Both the position numbers and the translations under genes were made by a program. A stretch of 41,897 nucleotides of DNA from Holosporales bacterium (lineage in GTDB: Bacteria; Pseudomonadota; Alphaproteobacteria; UBA3830; JAIRWN01): assembly GCA_031267535.1 (NCBI GenBank), contig JAIRYS010000009.1, positions 1 to 41,897 on the forward strand, in the 5' to 3' direction. Shown here one piece after another: positions 38,381-41,897 of the stretch (the first letter of the stretch is position 1; each line of letters starts with the position of its first letter). Under the pieces are notes generated by a model. It was given only the letters and a program-made list of their open reading frames with translations, was not told the origin of the DNA and searched no databases.

Positions 38381-38911
38381 ATGCCTATGCGCTGGTATGT
38401 TTTGAATGTCTATTCCGGCTTTGAGAAAAAGGTTGTAGGGGATATTCTTGAGCGTGCTGAAAATAAGGGGTTGGCGTCTTTTTTTGGGCAAATGCTGGTC
38501 CCGTCTGAGGACGTGATCGAGGTCAAGCGAGGAGTAAAGACCTCAACTGAAAAGTGCTTTTATCCCGGATATATACTCGTCGAGATGGATATGAACGACG
38601 AAAGCAATTATCTGGTTAAGACCGTCCCAAGAGTAGGAGGATTTCTTGGTTCGAAATCTAAGCCAATGCCGATTACTGCGGCCGAAGTGGACCGTATCCT
38701 GAACCGAGTGGCCGAAAGCGTGTCTCATCCTAATAACACGATTATATTTGAGATTGGAGAAAAGATTCGGGTGTGCGAGGGGCCATTCAATACATTCAAT
38801 GGAACAGTTGAAGAAATTGATCAAGAGAAAGAGCGCTTGAAAGTCTCGGTTTCCATATTTGGAAGGCCAACTAATGTCGACCTTGGTTTCTATCAGGTCG
38901 AAAAGACTTAA
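38381..38911 (+). CDS. nusG: Transcription termination/antitermination factor NusG
   Basis: WYVLNVYSGFE, YPGYILVEM, and the KOW motif GPF..F.G...VSIFGR. Confidence 0.98.
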   Translation: MPMRWYVLNVYSGFEKKVVGDILERAENKGLASFFGQMLVPSEDVIEVKRGVKTSTEKCFYPGYILVEMDMNDESNYLVKTVPRVGGFLGSKSKPMPITAAEVDRILNRVAESVSHPNNTIIFEIGEKIRVCEGPFNTFNGTVEEIDQEKERLKVSVSIFGRPTNVDLGFYQVEKT

Positions 38912-39024
38912 GGCCGGTAAGGAACGACTTTCGTTATGGGCGCTGTTGTAAAGCTTAAAGTCTTATGTTAGAAAGGCGCTAGTAATATTTAGCAATGAAA
39001 GCACAATCTTTTTAAGGTATATCA

Positions 39025-39453
39025 ATGGCCAAGAAGATCGCCGGTTACATAAAGCTTCAGGTTCCTGCTGGCAAAGCTAATCCTTCTCCTCCGATTGGTC
39101 CGGCTTTGGGCCAGCGTGGGCTTAATATTATGGATTTTTGTAAGGCTTTTAATGCTCAAAGCCAGAATATGGAGGCTGGTACGCCTATTCCGGTTGTAAT
39201 TACGGCTTATGTGGACAAAACGTTCTCGTTTGTAATGAAGACGCCTCCGGTGACGTTTTTCCTGAAAAAGATGGCAAAAATTGAGAAAGGGGCCAGCGCC
39301 CCCGGCAGAGGTTTTGTTGGGCGTGTTACGCTAGACCAAGTAAGGGAAATCGCCCGTTTAAAAAAAACAGATTTGAATGCTAATGATGAAGAAGCCGCTA
39401 TGCGTATGATCGAAGGGTCGGCGCGTTCTATGAGTCTGGAGGTAGTTAGTTAA
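39025..39453 (+). CDS. rplK: 50S ribosomal protein L11
   Basis: [33 protein letters not shown]. Confidence 0.99.
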   Translation: MAKKIAGYIKLQVPAGKANPSPPIGPALGQRGLNIMDFCKAFNAQSQNMEAGTPIPVVITAYVDKTFSFVMKTPPVTFFLKKMAKIEKGASAPGRGFVGRVTLDQVREIARLKKTDLNANDEEAAMRMIEGSARSMSLEVVS

Positions 39454-40151
39454 TGGTCAAACTTTGTAAAAGACTTAAGAAAATCCGCGAGTTGATTGAT
39501 TCCAGCCGTTCTTATAGTTTGTCAGAAGCGGTTGCCGTTTTAAAGAAAAGCGTTCCTTGTAAATTTGATGAAACGGTTGATATTGCGGTCAACTTGAATA
39601 TAGATCCGCGTAAAACCGAGCAGAACATACGCGGCATGGTGACGATGCCGAATGGCACCGGTAAAAGCGTACGGGTTGCGGTTTTTGCTAAAGGCCCTAA
39701 GGCTGATGAAGCCAAAGCTGCGGGGGCAGATCTTGTCGGCGCTGATGATTTGGCTGAATCAGTTTCTGGCGGGAAAATAGATTTTGATGTTTGTATCGCC
39801 ACGCCTGACATGATGGGGGTGGTGGGCAAGCTTGGTAAGCTGCTCGGCCCGAAAGGGCTTATGCCTAATCCAAAGCTTGGCACAGTTGTTCAGGATGTGG
39901 CTATGGCGGTCAAGTCGGCAAAAGGCGGACAGGTGGAGTATAAGCTTGAAAAGGCTGGCATAATTCACGCCGGTATATGCAAGCTAAGCTTTGATGCGAC
40001 GGCCATTGAAGGCAATATCAGAGCCTTTTTAGGCGCGGTGTTAAAAGCTAAGCCGACTGGGGTTAAAGGTTCCTACTTGAAAAAGGTATCGGTTTCGACT
40101 ACCATGGGGCCTGGTGTGCAGATTGATGTTTCAAGCGTCGCGTCAGCTTAG
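39453..40151 (+). CDS. rplA: 50S ribosomal protein L1
   Basis: [22 protein letters not shown] and STTMGPG motifs. Confidence 0.99.
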   Translation: MVKLCKRLKKIRELIDSSRSYSLSEAVAVLKKSVPCKFDETVDIAVNLNIDPRKTEQNIRGMVTMPNGTGKSVRVAVFAKGPKADEAKAAGADLVGADDLAESVSGGKIDFDVCIATPDMMGVVGKLGKLLGPKGLMPNPKLGTVVQDVAMAVKSAKGGQVEYKLEKAGIIHAGICKLSFDATAIEGNIRAFLGAVLKAKPTGVKGSYLKKVSVSTTMGPGVQIDVSSVASA

Positions 40152-40205
40152 CGGCTCTTGAAGCGAGGGTTCCCCTGGGAAGTAGGGGAAGTGATGTGTA
40201 AGGTT

Positions 40206-40290
40206 CTGTCTAAGACCGCCGGTGCTTTTGGCTTAATTTCCGGCGTAGATGGCGATCGGTTCTTCCGTCCATGTCTTGGCAAATCCTAAT
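40206..40290 (+). promoter_or_regulatory. Ribosomal protein L10 leader
   Basis: CTAAGACCGCCGGTGC...TTAATTTCCGGCGTAGA between rplA and rplJ. Confidence 0.75.
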
Positions 40291-40308
40291 TGTTAAAGTG
40301 AAGGTGAA

Positions 40309-40821
40309 ATGGATCGCGTCCAGAAACGACAGCTTATTGACAAGCTCAAGGAAGCCTCATCTGAGGCCAACCTTGCAGTGTTGGTCAAATACAATGGGCT
40401 GACCGTCGCAGAGGCATTGGATCTTAGGAACAAAATGCGAGCCGCCGAAGCGTCTTATGTTGTTGTAAAAAACACGCTTGCTCGTATCGCGTTGTCTGAG
40501 ACTAAGTTTGGCCCAATGACGGATCTTTTTAAGGGACAAACAGCCATTGCTATCTCGCAATCTCCGGTCGCTGCGGCGAAGGTTGCCGTCGAATTTGCCA
40601 AAGAGTTTGAAGAGAAATTTGAGATTATTGCCGGATGTATGGACGGCCAGGTGTTATCCATATCCGATGTAAAGATGTTGGCTTCGCTGCCTTCGCTCGA
40701 TGGGCTTCGGTCTAAAATTATTGCGATTATTTCTGCTTCTGCGCAGAAAATCGCAGCTGTCTTGCAGGCCCCAGCCGGGCAGTTGGCGCGTTTGTTTGGG
40801 GCTTATTCAAGTAAAGGTTAG
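40309..40821 (+). CDS. rplJ: 50S ribosomal protein L10
   Basis: Y.GLTV....LR, VVKNTLA and LASLPS motifs. Confidence 0.98.
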   Translation: MDRVQKRQLIDKLKEASSEANLAVLVKYNGLTVAEALDLRNKMRAAEASYVVVKNTLARIALSETKFGPMTDLFKGQTAIAISQSPVAAAKVAVEFAKEFEEKFEIIAGCMDGQVLSISDVKMLASLPSLDGLRSKIIAIISASAQKIAAVLQAPAGQLARLFGAYSSKG

Positions 40822-40841
40822 TTTTTTAATGGAGAACAGGC

Positions 40842-41219
40842 ATGAGTGCAGATTTAGATAAAATTATCGATACGCTTTCCAAGCTTACTGTATTGGAAGC
40901 GGCAGAGCTGAGCAAGAAGCTTGAAGAAGTATGGGGGGTCAGCGCTGCGGCTCCGGTTGCGATGGCGGCTGCTCCTACGGCTGCGGCTGCTCCTGTCGCG
41001 GAAGAAAAAACAGAATTTAACGTGGTTTTAACTGACGTTGGCGCTGAAAAGATTAAAGTCATTAAGGCGGTAAGAGAAATAACCGGCCTCGGCTTAACTG
41101 AAGCAAAAACTTTGGTCGAATCCGCTCCAAAGCCTTTGAAGGAAGGGGTTAACAAAGATGAAGCCGCAGAGATTAAGAAAAAGATCGAAGAAGCCGGCGC
41201 TAAAGTCGAAATAAAATAA
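40842..41219 (+). CDS. rplL: 50S ribosomal protein L7/L12
   Basis: [15 protein letters not shown] and [19 protein letters not shown] motifs. Confidence 0.99.
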   Translation: MSADLDKIIDTLSKLTVLEAAELSKKLEEVWGVSAAAPVAMAAAPTAAAAPVAEEKTEFNVVLTDVGAEKIKVIKAVREITGLGLTEAKTLVESAPKPLKEGVNKDEAAEIKKKIEEAGAKVEIK

Positions 41220-41371
41220 GAGCGCGGCCGTAAATCGACCACATACGCATCTCAGTGGAATGTATCATCATATGATAATGGGGACACTCGTTTTTCTGGC
41301 GAGGGTTTCCAAATACGGGCGGCGAGATGTGCGTTTAAATTCAAAGTATGAATTTGTGAAAGACTGGTCGT

Positions 41372-41897
41372 TTAGTTAGATCCAGGCGAGGAGATCTGAT
41401 AAAATTTAGAAGCGAGTCCAATATAGTGCAGCCTGAGCTGCGGCTCGGAGGTCGAGAGGGCTTCCTCGATTGCCAGTTCTGCGAACTGGACTCGTTTTAG
41501 GCTAAAACTACTGCCGGATTCAAGGTTATTAACTGTATCTGAATAGAAACTTGATACATGATTATATTTTGCTAACTCTGCGAACTGGACTTTATTTGAG
41601 TTAGAATTATTGTCGAACTTAAAGTCATGAGCTTCGTCCAAAAGAGAACTTGATTTGTAATTATAGGTTGCTGGTTCTTCGAACTGAATTTGTTTTAGGT
41701 TAAAATCGTTACTGGACTCAAAGTTACTAATTGCATCCAAATAACAACTTGATGCATGACTATGTTTTGCCAGTTCTTCGAACTGGACTTTATTTGAGTT
41801 AGAATTATTGTCGAACTTAAAGTCATGAGCTTCGTCCAAAAGAGAACTTGATTTGTAATTATAGGTTGCTAATTCTTCGAACTGATCTTGTTTTAGG
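41372..41897 (-). CDS. 33-aa tandem-repeat hypothetical protein, 5' end beyond the window
   Basis: The frame stays open from the window edge to TAA at 41372. Repeats QF(A/E)E(L/P)A.....SS...D......; it ends in an element-derived IEEALSTSEPQLRL segment. Confidence 0.6.
   Translation of the reverse strand, partial: LKQDQFEELATYNYKSSSLLDEAHDFKFDNNSNSNKVQFEELAKHSHASSCYLDAISNFESSNDFNLKQIQFEEPATYNYKSSSLLDEAHDFKFDNNSNSNKVQFAELAKYNHVSSFYSDTVNNLESGSSFSLKRVQFAELAIEEALSTSEPQLRLHYIGLASKFYQISSPGSN
41428..41470 (-). repeat. Palindromic element, copy G
   Basis: Minus strand ATCGAGGAAGCCCTCTCGACCTCCGAGCCGCAGCTCAGGCTGC; 28 nt identical to copy C. Confidence 0.85.
41471..41897 (-). repeat. 99-bp tandem repeat array with alternating A/B units
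   Basis: CGAACTG recurs at 41482, 41581, 41680, 41779 and 41878 (exactly 99 bp apart); 41581-41699 and 41779-41897 are nearly identical. Confidence 0.92.

Noticed and set aside
41471-41897. CRISPR array
   Set aside because: The intervening sequences are homologous to each other, the period is 99 bp with an open reading frame, and no cas genes are present in the window.

Overview
Chromosomal segment of an alphaproteobacterium, probably a host-associated Holosporales/Rickettsiales-like lineage. This is inferred from DUF1013, DUF1150, class I phaC, decayed genes and shuffled operons. Most of the window is housekeeping: ruvCAB, yebC, bioY, pal, miaB-ybeY-corC, ibpA, class II lysS, uvrC-pgsA, phaC, map, radC, lolA, tkt, pyrH-frr-uppS-xerC, infC, secB, tRNA-Trp-secE-nusG-rplKAJL, tRNA-Asp and an unlinked 5S rRNA. 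Small decaying accessory patches include an orphan HipB-like antitoxin with a hipA stump, a GNAT pseudogene and an IS3 remnant. The most striking unexplained structure is a family of short two-hairpin elements (ATCCRYCGAG-stem1-GAGCC-stem2, about 8 copies). They sit in frame, in both orientations, inside two long ORFs that run off the two ends of the window, and one copy is intergenic. The same two ORFs share a 99-bp/33-aa repeat unit. This resembles Rickettsia palindromic elements in behaviour, but I do not recognise the sequence. Other points of note: a diverged duplicate of the ruvB 3' end, a poly-G-interrupted methyltransferase, an ABC-F gene with a candidate leader peptide, a His-heptad secreted protein, a ROSE-like thermometer and a DnaA-box cluster.
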